Virus record (IMG/VR): IMGVR_UViG_3300002168_000002 | Coordinates: 1 to 64,000 of that record | DNA: 64,000 nucleotides | Reading direction: 5' to 3' (one strand) | Source: a virus | Taxonomy: Duplodnaviria; Caudoviricetes | In this document: piece after piece, positions 29,236-41,260 of the stretch | Numbering within the stretch: position 1 is the stretch's first letter | How the letters are laid out: each line of letters opens with the position of its first letter | Notes under the pieces: generated by a model | Databases searched by the model: none | Seen by the model: the letters and a program-made list of their open reading frames with translations, nothing else | What the model was told of the DNA's origin: nothing | Position numbers and translations under genes: made by a program

Positions 29236-29967
29236 ATGAAAACTTTGATTTTTGAAGGTGCAGGATGGGCAGATGCAGACACAAGCAAAGCAACAGATGT
29301 TGGTAATTGTAGAATTAGAACACGTTTAAGAAATAACAGCGGAAGGGTAATATATCTAGAAATGGGATGTTGTCATTTTGAAAATCCAAAATTTACTCCT
29401 GAATATGCGAAAGGCTTAAATTATGCTACACATATTGACCATTTATTCTATTGTGATTCAAAATGGGACGATAGAAGAAACTTTTCAAGAGAATTGCAGC
29501 CATTAACCAACATACATTTTGAATATAACAAAGACAATATTTTAAAATTTGTGAATGACAATTTAAACTGTTCATTTAATAATATGATAGTTTACAATAA
29601 TGGTGAAGTACGAGTGCATAACAGCGAAGAGCCATTATGCGATTCCAGTGATGGAAATTATATACCATACAAAGATATTGAAGTAAATATAAGCGAACTG
29701 GACGGAGTAAAGCCTATTCATGCTAAAGATTGGTATGCTGTATATAAAATCAGCTATAACAGTTTATCAAAATTACCATACATGAAAAAATATTTTGAAA
29801 ACCAATCAAAATGGGGACAAATTCCGAAAGAAGATTGTAAAGCATATTTTAGATGGGATAAAAACGGTATTATAACAGATTTGGAGTTACATGCAGGTGT
29901 TTGCATGGGAGTAAGTGCTGAAGATATAAAAACAATTATTGATTTAATAAAAAAAGATAACGCATAG
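29236..29967 (+). CDS. hypothetical phage protein
   Basis: 243 aa, RBS AGGAGG. Confidence 0.85.
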   Translation: MKTLIFEGAGWADADTSKATDVGNCRIRTRLRNNSGRVIYLEMGCCHFENPKFTPEYAKGLNYATHIDHLFYCDSKWDDRRNFSRELQPLTNIHFEYNKDNILKFVNDNLNCSFNNMIVYNNGEVRVHNSEEPLCDSSDGNYIPYKDIEVNISELDGVKPIHAKDWYAVYKISYNSLSKLPYMKKYFENQSKWGQIPKEDCKAYFRWDKNGIITDLELHAGVCMGVSAEDIKTIIDLIKKDNA

Positions 29968-30034
29968 TTTAATATTGATAGTGTAAATTATTTAAAGTAA
30001 AATATTACTATACCAGAATAACAGAGGTGATATA

Positions 30035-30289
30035 ATGGAATATACACAAGCAGAATTTTTGCAATTGATACAGCAGTATAACAGCACAGACCGTAAAATT
30101 ATAAAGGCTAATCTGAAACACATTATGGACATATATGGGATAAAACCTGCCGATATTATAGCATTAGGCTATAGTTCACGCAACGTATATGCATGGACTA
30201 ATCGAAGTACGAGTAATATACCGCTTTTTGAACAAGCATTAAATATTGCAGTAAAATTTAATTTCAGCATAACAGAATTCATAAAATAA
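30035..30289 (+). CDS. XRE-like HTH regulator
   Basis: NLKHIMD...LGYSSRNVYAW...P...IA. Confidence 0.6.
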   Translation: MEYTQAEFLQLIQQYNSTDRKIIKANLKHIMDIYGIKPADIIALGYSSRNVYAWTNRSTSNIPLFEQALNIAVKFNFSITEFIK

Positions 30290-30650
30290 TGTACAAAAAT
30301 TTCTAAATTAATATTGACAGTATAAAATTTGTGTGTTAGAATATAATATGTAAGGATAAAAAATTATATTAATATTTTAAATGAAAATTACATTTTATTG
30401 TAAAGGGTTCAAGTCATGGTAAGTGGATTCATATTTGCAAACTAGAAGAATATAGAAGTAAAATACTGCCGACAAAAACAAGTAATATTAATTCAAGTTT
30501 TTATTATCACAATGATTTTAATTACTTAACAGAATACATGACAAGAAATGATGTGTTAACTTTATGTGAAGTTTTGCCTGAATTTATCCAAAACATGACA
30601 TCAAAAATATTTTAAATAAATTTACAAATATTGAATAAGTAATAACAGGT

Positions 30651-31709
30651 TTGCGGTTATCCTGCACCAAAACCGCAAAATATAATAAAAAGGAGTATAG
30701 AACAATGAAAACTTTTGAATTTGAAAAACAAGGTATAAAATTTTCTTTTAGAAATCCCAAACTTAATGAATATGGGAAGTTAGTTATGGAATATAAAATA
30801 CCAGGTATAAAAGAGAATAAAGATAATTCAGAAGGTTATTTCTATAATTCTGAATTTTTGCCAGATAAAAACGTTATGACTTTCTATAATGTAAAGATAA
30901 AAGGTAAAACTTTTGGAGGTGTTGGATTACCTGAAGATATTTTAAAAGAAATAAAAACTCTTTTTGAAGAATTAAAAGCAGAAAGAGAAAGAAACATTAA
31001 TCAGGTTGTTACCGAACTGGTAGAAGGCAAAAGAAATATTCATTTTAGTATTGTTGGCTGTGATTATCCGCACTACCAAGCATGGATTAGAAATTTACCA
31101 GAAGATTTGCAGGGACTTGAACAAAACATTATGGAAAGAGCGATTAAAAAAATCATGGGTGAAAATGAGTTTGTGTCTAACCCTTGTGATTATATCCAAA
31201 GAATAGTTAAAAAATCTATAGGTACTATTGAAGACCTCGGAGAAGTTTTAAACCATGAATATAACAGCGAAGTTCAAAAATATCATGGGTTTAAGGAAAC
31301 AATTGTGACTGGCTTTGAAATGAATTTGAAATCTATATTACAACCATTTATTGAAAAGAAAGTAGATAAACAAAAAGAAAAACAATCTATGAAAGTTGAA
31401 ATTTTAAAACAAGGTTACACTCAAGGCGAAGAAAAAGACCCTTACGCAATAGTTAAAATAACAGACATACAAACTGGAGAATCAGCACAGTTTGTTTGTA
31501 GAAATATTTTTGATGTTGGGTATGTGATTAACCCTAATTTTTCTATAATAGAAGGATTAGAACCAGGTGGACTGCTTCATGATGGTAAATGGGAAACTTT
31601 TGAAGCAGGAAAAGGCTGGTATCCTGTGAGAGAAGCAACAGAATTTGAAAAAAAAGCTGTTGAATATTTGCATAAATTTCCACCTATTTTTTCTGGTATT
31701 AGGTTATAA
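30651..31709 (+). CDS. hypothetical protein (likely start 30705)
   Basis: long ORF, RBS before MKTF. Confidence 0.85.
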   Translation: MRLSCTKTAKYNKKEYRTMKTFEFEKQGIKFSFRNPKLNEYGKLVMEYKIPGIKENKDNSEGYFYNSEFLPDKNVMTFYNVKIKGKTFGGVGLPEDILKEIKTLFEELKAERERNINQVVTELVEGKRNIHFSIVGCDYPHYQAWIRNLPEDLQGLEQNIMERAIKKIMGENEFVSNPCDYIQRIVKKSIGTIEDLGEVLNHEYNSEVQKYHGFKETIVTGFEMNLKSILQPFIEKKVDKQKEKQSMKVEILKQGYTQGEEKDPYAIVKITDIQTGESAQFVCRNIFDVGYVINPNFSIIEGLEPGGLLHDGKWETFEAGKGWYPVREATEFEKKAVEYLHKFPPIFSGIRL

Positions 31710-32973
31710 CCAAAGTATAATTTGATTGAAAGTGAGTGTTTATAATGCTAAACGAGAAAAATAATTTAACGATCTTTGAATATCTTAGTCAATATTATGT
31801 ACTTCCTCAAAAAGATAAATCAAACGAAACAATCCTTAGAAGGATTCTTTTTAACAACTGCAATGTTATAAACTGGGATAATGTAAAACAAATTATAGAT
31901 GAACAGCATCCAGAAATGGCAGGGTATAAATGGAATGAAGATTGTATGTATAGATTACCATATGACCCGGCAACAAAAGAGAAGGTATAACAGAAAGGAG
32001 TATAACAGCATGACAAACAAACAAAAGAATCGTAAAGAACTAGAAGAAATTGCAGAGCGTATTGGAGATATGTATCTTATGGAAATGTTTTGGGATATGT
32101 TTGATATGTTGCCTGAATCAAAGCAAAAAATATTTATTAAACAGGCAAAAGAGATTGAGAAGAACAATAAGTTTTATTTTTATATTTTTTAATCTTGCTA
32201 AATGATGGAACTGAATTAGTAAGAATAACGAGAGCATAATTTTATATCAATATAAGGAGGTTTAAATTTATGAATAATTATATAACAGAACGTTGTTTAA
32301 AATTCAAGGTATATGGCGATATAACGACAAGCATTGTTTGTAAAATTGCTAACTTATTTATTGATAATGATATTGATTTTGTTGGATATTTTAGCGATGG
32401 TTATCATCCAGCAGAATTTACAGTAAGGCGAAGTGGTAAGAAATGGGATGATATAATTGACTTGATTAACAGTATTAAATCATGTAAGTATGAATATAAA
32501 AAAGAAACTTTTTATTTAACAAATGATAAAAGAAATGGTGTAATTGGAAATATGCAAATGGTTTGCAAATGTTAATATAAAAGGAGGCTATAATTAATAT
32601 GATTGGTTCATCAATAAATAGTTTTCCAAATATGCAATATCAATGTTGCAAATGTGGAAAAGATTTAGGTGATAAATATTCAAGGCTTAAAGGTAAAAAA
32701 CAACCTGATGTAAACATTATAAACGGTAAACAATATTGTAATAAATGTGCTGATAAGTATTGGAATGATTAATATAGGAGGTTATAATATGGGTTTTAAA
32801 ATAGGCGATAGAGTTGAAGTAAATTATCCTGTAGATGATTTTCAAGGACATGTAGGGATAGTAAAAAAAATTATAACAGACACAGAACTAATTCCTGGAA
32901 AAACGGTTGTTATGTGTTATTGGGCATTTTTAGACAAGGAAATAGCCTTTTATGAAAGTAGTCTTGATTTGAT

Positions 32974-32991
32974 ATAAAATAACAATTTTAT
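32974..32991. repeat. ATAAAA-N6-TTTKAT gene-boundary element (representative of about 20 copies)
   Basis: ATAAAA TAACAA TTTTAT overlapping the stop of 32747-32977; see findings for the list. Confidence 0.65.
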
Positions 32992-33269
32992 TTTATAACA
33001 GGAAGTGAAAAAAATGGATAATTATTTTGATGAATCTTATCAGTCTAAAAATAGCAGATGGAATATTGATATAAAAAAAGAAAACGGACATATAACAGTT
33101 TGTATATGGAACAATTCATTAACAAGTAGTAAATATTGAACAATATGTTTATAATCTTCTGTTTTGGTGGAAATTCAATAGAAAAAACATGGAAAGTGCT
33201 TATGATCATACTTAAAAAGGAGAAATTATTGAATTAAAAACAATTTAATCAAAGTGAAAGGAGTATGTT

Positions 33270-33614
33270 ATGTGTAAGTTTTGTGATAATTTAGAATATA
33301 AGGAGATAACAATTCCTAGTCGTACTACAGGAGCAGACCATAATGTATGTGAAATAGCGTCACCACAAGTTATTGAAATAGATGGTGAAATATATAAATC
33401 TGGTTCAGAATGTGAAGGTTGTTATGGCTGTGCTAAAGAAAACAATTATTGGCAAATTACTATATGTAATAATGATATTGTAGATTTACATTATTATAAT
33501 AAAGTAAGGGATTTGATTATTGATCAATATAGTGCTAGGTTTTGTATTAATTTCTGCCCTATGTGCGGTAAAAGGATATCTAAAGAACTGCACGAAGATT
33601 TAAAATTTTGGTAG
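33270..33614 (+). CDS. zinc-ribbon phage protein
   Basis: MCKFC...INFCPMCG. Confidence 0.75.
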   Translation: MCKFCDNLEYKEITIPSRTTGADHNVCEIASPQVIEIDGEIYKSGSECEGCYGCAKENNYWQITICNNDIVDLHYYNKVRDLIIDQYSARFCINFCPMCGKRISKELHEDLKFW

Positions 33615-34315
33615 TTGAGATAAAACAATTATTTGATCACATTAACAGAAAGGAGTTTGATTTTAATGTATGGTAAAATGGTAATAATAGAAATCAATAA
33701 TACAAAATTTTGCTATTAGCAAACTGGAAAGAAAAGAAAAATAAAACAGAAGAAGGCTTTTATAAAACTATAAAGGAGTTAATTAAAATGGCAGATGATT
33801 TTGTAACAAAGTTTTATTTATATTCTCCTGGTGATCCTAGTGTTGGCATACATTCTATTGAGACAGAAATGGATCTATGTTTTGATGTTGGGGAAGGAGA
33901 AGAAAGGGAAGAATTGAGAAAACAGTTAAAAGAATTTTTTAGTGATTTGTATGACGATAATGTTAATATTGAATTTGAAGATGAAAGGCAGAGATGGATT
34001 AAATAAGAAAACAAGTGTGTTTAGAAGTAAAACATATAATAGATAATTTTACCTTTTAACAAATTAGCTGGAATAGCCCGGCAGAAAGGAGAAAAATATG
34101 ATTATTATTAAGAAAAAACCTGTATATATTAATAATCATAAGGTTAAATTCAACACTTATGATAGGTTTTTTCGTGGCAAATGGGACAACGATAATCCAA
34201 TTATGGATTATTGTATTCAAGTAAATAAATATGAAATAATCGAATTGTATAATAAAAACATGTTAGCAGGTGAAGTTAAAGAATATGTTGAAAATAAATT
34301 ATTGAAAGGAATAAA

Positions 34316-34660
34316 GTGAAATCAATATTAAGGAGGAAAAAAATGACAAAACAAGAACAAATGGTAGAAGTTGCGAAGCGGTTTGTAGAATATAACGAAG
34401 AGAATTTGGTTGCTGAATTTGAGAGAATTGCTGATCTCTTAAAAAGAACAACAAGAGATGTGGAAAGATATATAGAAAAAATCAAAAATGGGGATGATGA
34501 AATTATTGGAACAACACAAGAAGATCAGGCGGGATGGGCAATAAATGCATTAGAAAACATGATAAGAAATCTAAATTTTAGCAGAGTAACAGCAAAAATA
34601 TTGGGTTTGGGGATGGCAAAACAGTCGCTTAAAAGACAGAGGATGAAGTGTAATGATTAA
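34316..34660 (+). CDS. hypothetical protein
   Basis: RBS before MTKQ. Confidence 0.7.
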   Translation: MKSILRRKKMTKQEQMVEVAKRFVEYNEENLVAEFERIADLLKRTTRDVERYIEKIKNGDDEIIGTTQEDQAGWAINALENMIRNLNFSRVTAKILGLGMAKQSLKRQRMKCND

Positions 34661-35536
34661 CAGAAAAATAACAATAACAGAATTTATAAAAAAATTGGTA
34701 TTTAATTTTAAAATATTAAATAGATAGAAATTGAATGACTCTTTGAATCTTTCCCGCCTAATTTTTTATTTGTTGGTTGATTTTTTGAAAACTTAGAAGT
34801 TAGTATATAATAAGAAAGAGAAAGGAGTATAAAGGAGGGAAAAATGAAGAAAAGATTGGAAATACAGCTTAAAACAATTCGTGGAGGTAAAATTGTTCAT
34901 ACTTTTTATCAGAATATTGAAGATTGCAGAAAAGATAATAAAGATAACTGGTTAATTGATAAAAATCTACATAATAATAGCAGATATGTTTATGTTGTAT
35001 TTATACGGTCAGGTAAAGAATTTTTTTCTTGTATCCCTTACATCACTTTTAAGATTCTTAGGCATACAGATTTTACAATTTTAGATGATGTTTATGAGAT
35101 TGCTATATATTAATAAAAACCGAAACTAAATATGAGATATTTGAACCGTATAATAAAAACATAACAATTTAGAATTATTATAAAAGGTATAATATAAATA
35201 TATAAAGAAACTAAAAAAGGAGGGAAATGATGCCTAGAATTATTGCAGTTTGTCCTTCATGTAATAAAGACGATAACTTTGATAAAACTTTATCACCAGA
35301 CTATTACTATTGTAATAATTGTAAAGTAGCTTTTCATTATACAGAAATGAATTTAAAGATGGAGGGTGAAAATGATATTACTACAAAAGGTGTAACAATA
35401 GAATTTGGAAGTGTAACAAGAAATGGTAAGGCTATAGGATTTCCATTTGTATAATATAACTTTACATTTAGTGTATTTGCATTACTATCATAAACAGACA
35501 GCAAAATAATGCCAGCAAACAGGCTATAAAATATGT

Positions 35537-36028
35537 TTGCCAGCACAAAAAAGTGTTGAAAAAGGAGGACATAAGTTGAATAAAAAGTTTATGTTTAAGG
35601 ATGGTAATGGAGAATTAAGAGTGTTTTATGATCAAAAACCTGATGTAGATTGTCCGATTTTTGAGTGGTCAAATGGTAGTTATGGAAGACATAAGATCCA
35701 CAATTCAAAATGGCATCTAGAAAATAGTTTTGTAATGAATCCTATACTTATCGATCCATTGGGCGAAGCACATTCTATTGATGGGGGAGATTATCATGAT
35801 GCCGTGAACTTTTCAAGTTGGAAAGAATATTTAACAGACAAGAAAATAAAAGAATTAGAACGTAAAATTGAAAGTCTAAATTATTTTAATGAAAAAGATA
35901 ATAAAAAACTTAATAGCATTTATCAGACTATAAATGATGTTATGGCACTGATGGTTAAAGGTCATAAGGAAATAGGTTACAATGAGCATTATCGAAATGC
36001 TTATTTGTTATTGAGAAGTATTATTTAA
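35537..36028 (+). CDS. hypothetical protein
   Basis: follows a class-2 promoter; terminator downstream. Confidence 0.7.
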   Translation: MPAQKSVEKGGHKLNKKFMFKDGNGELRVFYDQKPDVDCPIFEWSNGSYGRHKIHNSKWHLENSFVMNPILIDPLGEAHSIDGGDYHDAVNFSSWKEYLTDKKIKELERKIESLNYFNEKDNKKLNSIYQTINDVMALMVKGHKEIGYNEHYRNAYLLLRSII

Positions 36029-36700
36029 GAAGGGAGGAGGTAACTCCTCCCCTTCTATTTAAAAAATAAAAAGGAGATGATCGTAGAAAATATTGCAGAT
36101 ACTTTTTTGTCCAAAAGAGGTAAGGAATATAAGAATTTAAAATATTTCTAATAGGGAGTGTATAAAATGGAAAAGTTTTATATTATGAGAAATAATCAGT
36201 TTATTATTTACCCTGGAACAGTAAGGGAATGTAACATAACAGAAGAAGAAAAAGAATGCAAATATTGTATTCGTAAACCTAAAACAAAATGTGGTCATTA
36301 TAATCCTAAAGTTGATTATCCTGCTTGTGATTGGTTTACTTTTAATAATAAGTGGAGAGAGATTAAAGAAGAAGATATAATGACTTACTTATAAAAGGGC
36401 GTATAAAATAAAAAAGTTCTATACTATGTTTACATTTAGTTTGTTTATATTACTATCATATATAGGAAAGAAGGTGAGATTATGAATTGGCGGGAGTATA
36501 AACAAGAATTAATTGCAGAAGGTTTATATGAATCTTTTGTTAATCCTATTGATGAAGAAGTAATTATAAATACTAAATGTGATGAATGTGATTATGAATC
36601 TCTACATCCTGTAGTTTTCAGGGGTGATGGACGATATCTTGTTTTCGGTATTTGTTTAAATTGTGGGTATTATATAGAAGTTTAAATAAAAAACGAAAGG

Positions 36701-36913
36701 ATGTTATTAATGACAATTAAAGTGTCGAAAAGAGTTTTAGATGGTATTAAGTTTGTACGGGATACTGGGAGAACAAATATGCTCGATTTCCATATGGTGC
36801 AGAGAATAGCATATGAAAATGAATATTATGATACTGTTATTTGGATGGAAAAGAATAAAAATCTATATACAAGGGGAATTTTTGAAGGTTTTGAAATAGA
36901 AGATATTTTATAA
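36701..36913 (+). CDS. DUF5049-like protein
   Basis: VRDTGRTNMLD..VQRIA. Confidence 0.65.
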   Translation: MLLMTIKVSKRVLDGIKFVRDTGRTNMLDFHMVQRIAYENEYYDTVIWMEKNKNLYTRGIFEGFEIEDIL

Positions 36914-37077
36914 TTTAAAGCAATGCAAGAAAGAGTCATACTCAAGCTAAAAGCTAAACTGTATGACTTGCAAAATCCAGTAGGAGGATGGTCATATTAT
37001 TTATTATTGGACAAAGCCAGCATGTAGCTGGATGTTAAATAAACTGCATGTAGCAGTAAAAAAAAGGAGTGTTTTAA

Positions 37078-37392
37078 ATGAAAAAAATTATTAATGGAAA
37101 GGTGTATAACACCGAAACGGCAGAGTTGGTAGTTGATTGGACAAATGGAAAGTATCCTAGTGATTTTAATTATCGTAGCAAAGATCTTTATCTTACAAAG
37201 AAAGGTAATTGGTTTATTCATCATGTGGGTGGTGCTATGACAGACATGCAAAAACCTTGTGGAAGCAATTCCTTTAGCGGATCTGAAGACATTGAACCTA
37301 TTTCTTCAGAAGATGCTTTTAGATTTTTATGTTCTCATGGTGGAACAGAAGAAGCTGAAAAACATTTTCCTGATAAAATCGAAGAAGCATAA
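37078..37392 (+). CDS. hypothetical phage protein
   Basis: MKKIINGKVYNTETA; RBS. Confidence 0.8.
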   Translation: MKKIINGKVYNTETAELVVDWTNGKYPSDFNYRSKDLYLTKKGNWFIHHVGGAMTDMQKPCGSNSFSGSEDIEPISSEDAFRFLCSHGGTEEAEKHFPDKIEEA

Positions 37393-39196
37393 TTTTAAAA
37401 TGAAGCGGAGAGGGGTATAGTTATACCTCTCTCCGTTACATATGAAAGGAGGAATGTAAAATGACAGCAAGGCAATTTTTAGAGTGGGCAGGAGTAGAAT
37501 TTAACGAACATAACCTTTGGTTGTTAGGTGATTATGTCGGAAAATGGGGTGGCTATTTTGCTCAATTCCCCGATATGACGGTTTACACTGAGGATGGAAC
37601 GTATTTAGAAGAATGTGATGGAGAACCAGCAAATTTTCAAGAATATGTAGATGAAAGACAAGAAGATAATTTTTAAAAGGAGGGTGTGTTAAATGTACTA
37701 TCTTAAAAGTTCAATGTCAGATAGAATTAACTTTGATCAAATGGTTTATAATGTTCTCCAAGAAGTAAAATTTAATAGCTTACCGGAAGATGCAGAAATA
37801 TATTTTGATTTAACGGAAGAAAATTTTGTTGACGATATAGAAGAAGCAAAAGCAAGAATTGAATCAGTAGCGAGAAAAATTATAGCTGAAAATATTGAAG
37901 AAGTTTGATAATAAAATAAGGAGTTGTTTTAAAAATGATTAAAACTTTTAAAAATGGTAGTTACCAAGCGTTTTGTCCAAGGTGCAATGGGGAATTATTT
38001 TTTGTGTATGACGGAAAATATAGCGTTCATCATTGTAATTCTGGCATTAATTTACATGACAGAGATATGTTTAATGCTGGAGCAAGAGTAGAATATCCTT
38101 CTATAACCCATGCAAGAAACTTAATAAAAAGAATGATTGAACGACAAGAAGAGAATCATGATTATTTTGATTGTCATGAGAGGAGTATGCAAAAATGCAA
38201 GTAACAACGTAAAAGATGATTTGGTTTTGCATAGAATACAGGTATATTAATCTCAATGATCTGCTATACCTTTATGCAGTTAGAGAAAATAAGGGTTTTA
38301 TGCTATAATAAAAAAAAACAAAAGGAGATATAATTGATATGAAAAAAAATAAAACGAAATGGTATCTAGAAATAACGCCCGAAGAGTTATGGAATGAGTA
38401 TGTGCCTAATTCGGTTGAACTGTTTATCTCTAATTTTAATTATGATAATCCTCCTGTAACAGACATAAATAAAATGTGTAAAATTTACTCAAGAGAAATT
38501 TGTAATTCATTAGGAAAACCTTATACTGAAGAACAGAGAGAACATTTTGAAAATTTGCTGAAAGAATATATTTGTGGTTATATAAAAAAAGTGGGAGGAT
38601 ATGATAAATTAAGACTATATACAGAGGAACAAGTTGATGCCATAGATGAAGAAGATGTTAGATCATTATTTAATGATTTGTATAAACTTGAAAGAAAGTA
38701 TGAACAGGAATAAAATTTTAATAACAGGTTATATTACAACAGAAAGGAGATGATACTCAATGTCTAAAGCAAAAATTATAATAACAATTGAAAAAGAGTT
38801 TTCTTTTGACGAAAAAGAAGTAAATGGAGAAGAGGTTATAAAAAATTGTAAAAAAGCATTAAGAGAATTTCCTTATGATTTTTTAACAAAATGGGGAGAA
38901 AATACAGTTTTAGATGTAAGGGGAATTATATGTTGACAAAATTTTAATGTATAGTATAATTAAATCACTAAAATAAAATTATAGTATAACTAACATAAGA
39001 AAGGAAGGTTTGAGCAGTATATCAATAGTTATATTGAACAACAAAAGGGGGATTGAAAATTTAAAACTTCTCACTAAAGAGGAATTAGAAGAAATATGGG
39101 ATAATGAATGTAGTGCATTAATGAATATTTTAAGAAGGTATTAATAAAGAAATATAGATAACAGCAATAAATTTTTATTGACAGGAGGGTGTAATT

Positions 39197-40246
39197 ATGA
39201 GTCATTTTACAGTAGCAGTATTTACAAAGGAAGGTCAAACAATAGATGAATTACTTGCGCCATTTCATGAGTTTGAATGTACTGGTCATGTAGATGAATA
39301 TGTTAAAACTATTAGTATATTGGATAGGGCAAAAGATGAATATGATAATTATACATTTATCAAACTACAATCACCAGATGGTAAACTATACAATCCTGAC
39401 GAAGATCAATTTTATCGTGAACCAACAGAAAAAGAAACAATTGGAATGGGTTTTGGTTTTGGAAAAGGAATTAGTTGGTTTTCCAAAGATTGGAAGGATG
39501 GCAAAGGGTATAGAGCAAAAGTAAAGTTTATACCGAATGATTATAAAGAAATTGAAGTAAAGGCAACTGATGTTATGTCTTTTAAAGAATTTGTTGAATA
39601 TTATTATGGGATAAATTTTATATCAGAAAATGAAGAACCAGATTTGTATAATGAACAAAAATATGGATGGGGTAAAGTTAATAATAATGGAGAAGTAATT
39701 GAATTAGTAACACGTACTAATCCTAATGCAAAATGGGATTGGTATCAAATTGGAGGAAGATGGAGTGGTTTATTGAAATTAAAACCTGGAGCAAATTCAG
39801 GAGACTATGGTGAAAGAAGCTGGACGAATAAAAATGAAATTATTCCCGAATATAAGGTAGATACAGCAAAAGTAAAAGATATTGATTTTTCAATAGATGA
39901 AAAAGAATATAATAAGGCAATTAGATTTTGGGAATTAAAAATTGAAGAAGATATGCCAAAGAATAAAGAAGAAGAAGACTTACTTAAATCTGATTGGTAT
40001 AAAAAAGAATATTATACTAGAAGATATAATTCTAAAGAACAGTACGCACAATTAACAGCAGAATTTGGAACGTATGCGGTGATTACTCCCGATGGTGTAT
40101 GGCATTCTAAAGGCAATATGGGTTGGTGGGGATGTAGTTCTGAATCTGATGACGAAGCAAAACAATGGTATATGTCTTTTAAGGAAAAGTTTATTGATAC
40201 AGCAGATCCAGAATGGACATTAACAGTGGTTGATTGTCATATTTAG
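39197..40246 (+). CDS. hypothetical phage protein
   Basis: MSHF...NPNAKWDWYQIGGRW...VDCHI. Confidence 0.85.
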   Translation: MSHFTVAVFTKEGQTIDELLAPFHEFECTGHVDEYVKTISILDRAKDEYDNYTFIKLQSPDGKLYNPDEDQFYREPTEKETIGMGFGFGKGISWFSKDWKDGKGYRAKVKFIPNDYKEIEVKATDVMSFKEFVEYYYGINFISENEEPDLYNEQKYGWGKVNNNGEVIELVTRTNPNAKWDWYQIGGRWSGLLKLKPGANSGDYGERSWTNKNEIIPEYKVDTAKVKDIDFSIDEKEYNKAIRFWELKIEEDMPKNKEEEDLLKSDWYKKEYYTRRYNSKEQYAQLTAEFGTYAVITPDGVWHSKGNMGWWGCSSESDDEAKQWYMSFKEKFIDTADPEWTLTVVDCHI

Positions 40247-40574
40247 ATTAAATAGAGGAGTTTCATACTGAGGCTCATTTAAAATAAAAATGAAAGAAGT
40301 GATTATATAATGGAAGAAAGTATTTATCAACAAAATGGATATGAAAACAGGAAAGATTATTTGGAATGTTTAGCAGCAGATTATTGTGTGCCTTTTGATA
40401 TTGTTTATGAACTTGCTATTATGTTGGGCGAAAATGAGGATTTTGATGGATTAATTTCATCGTTAGAGGATGCGGAAGGAATGTTTAATGAATAAGGGAA
40501 GGGGTTAAATCCTCTTCCCTTATAAAATAAATTAATAGAATGGTTAATTTATTAAAATAAAAGGAGAGGTAATT

Positions 40575-41159
40575 ATGAATAAGAAATACGAAGAGGTTGA
40601 ATTTTTCGGACAGAATATTGAAAGTGCAGTATATGAATTGTTAAGATATAAAGATAAAGGGATGTTAGCATATGGAGATTTTAACGGCACTATGCTATAC
40701 TCTGACACTGTAACAATGGATGGAGCATATAAACAAATTACTGGTAAAACAAAGGCAGAATTTGATAGAGCAGAACAAGAATGGCGGGACAATCTTAAAA
40801 GAGAAGAGGAAGAACATAAAAAACAAATACCTCATTTAAGTAAAGAATGGATGGAAGAAGGAAGAAAGATTCTAACAGAAGATAAATGGGAGTATTGGGA
40901 TAGAATTGTTCCTATTAGATTAAATGATTTATATCATGGAATGGAATTGGGATGCTGTTTAGATATAATAAAGATATTAAATAACAACGGCACACTTGAT
41001 GAAGCAAAGGCAACGATAGAAAGTCAAGGCCATTCAGGAATGTCATATGGTTTAGTTTGTGCTATGGTCAAAGAATTTTGCGATAGAGGGGAAGAGTTTG
41101 TTGAATATGTAATGGGAAAAATTTACAATAGAAAAAGGCAAAAGAAAAGCCATATATAA
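40575..41159 (+). CDS. hypothetical phage protein
   Basis: 194 aa, QGHSGMS motif. Confidence 0.85.
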   Translation: MNKKYEEVEFFGQNIESAVYELLRYKDKGMLAYGDFNGTMLYSDTVTMDGAYKQITGKTKAEFDRAEQEWRDNLKREEEEHKKQIPHLSKEWMEEGRKILTEDKWEYWDRIVPIRLNDLYHGMELGCCLDIIKILNNNGTLDEAKATIESQGHSGMSYGLVCAMVKEFCDRGEEFVEYVMGKIYNRKRQKKSHI

Positions 41160-41260
41160 GATAATTAATAGTGTTAATTTTGAAGGCGTTTATGCACTTT
41201 ACTTTTGTTTTAATGCAATAAAATGTGATTTTGATCTAAAATAAAAAGGAGTGAGTAATA

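Noticed and set aside
36969-37031. c-di-GMP-I riboswitch-like GCAAA...GAC.AAAGC
   Set aside because: No GNRA tetraloop or receptor; kept only as an unassigned structure
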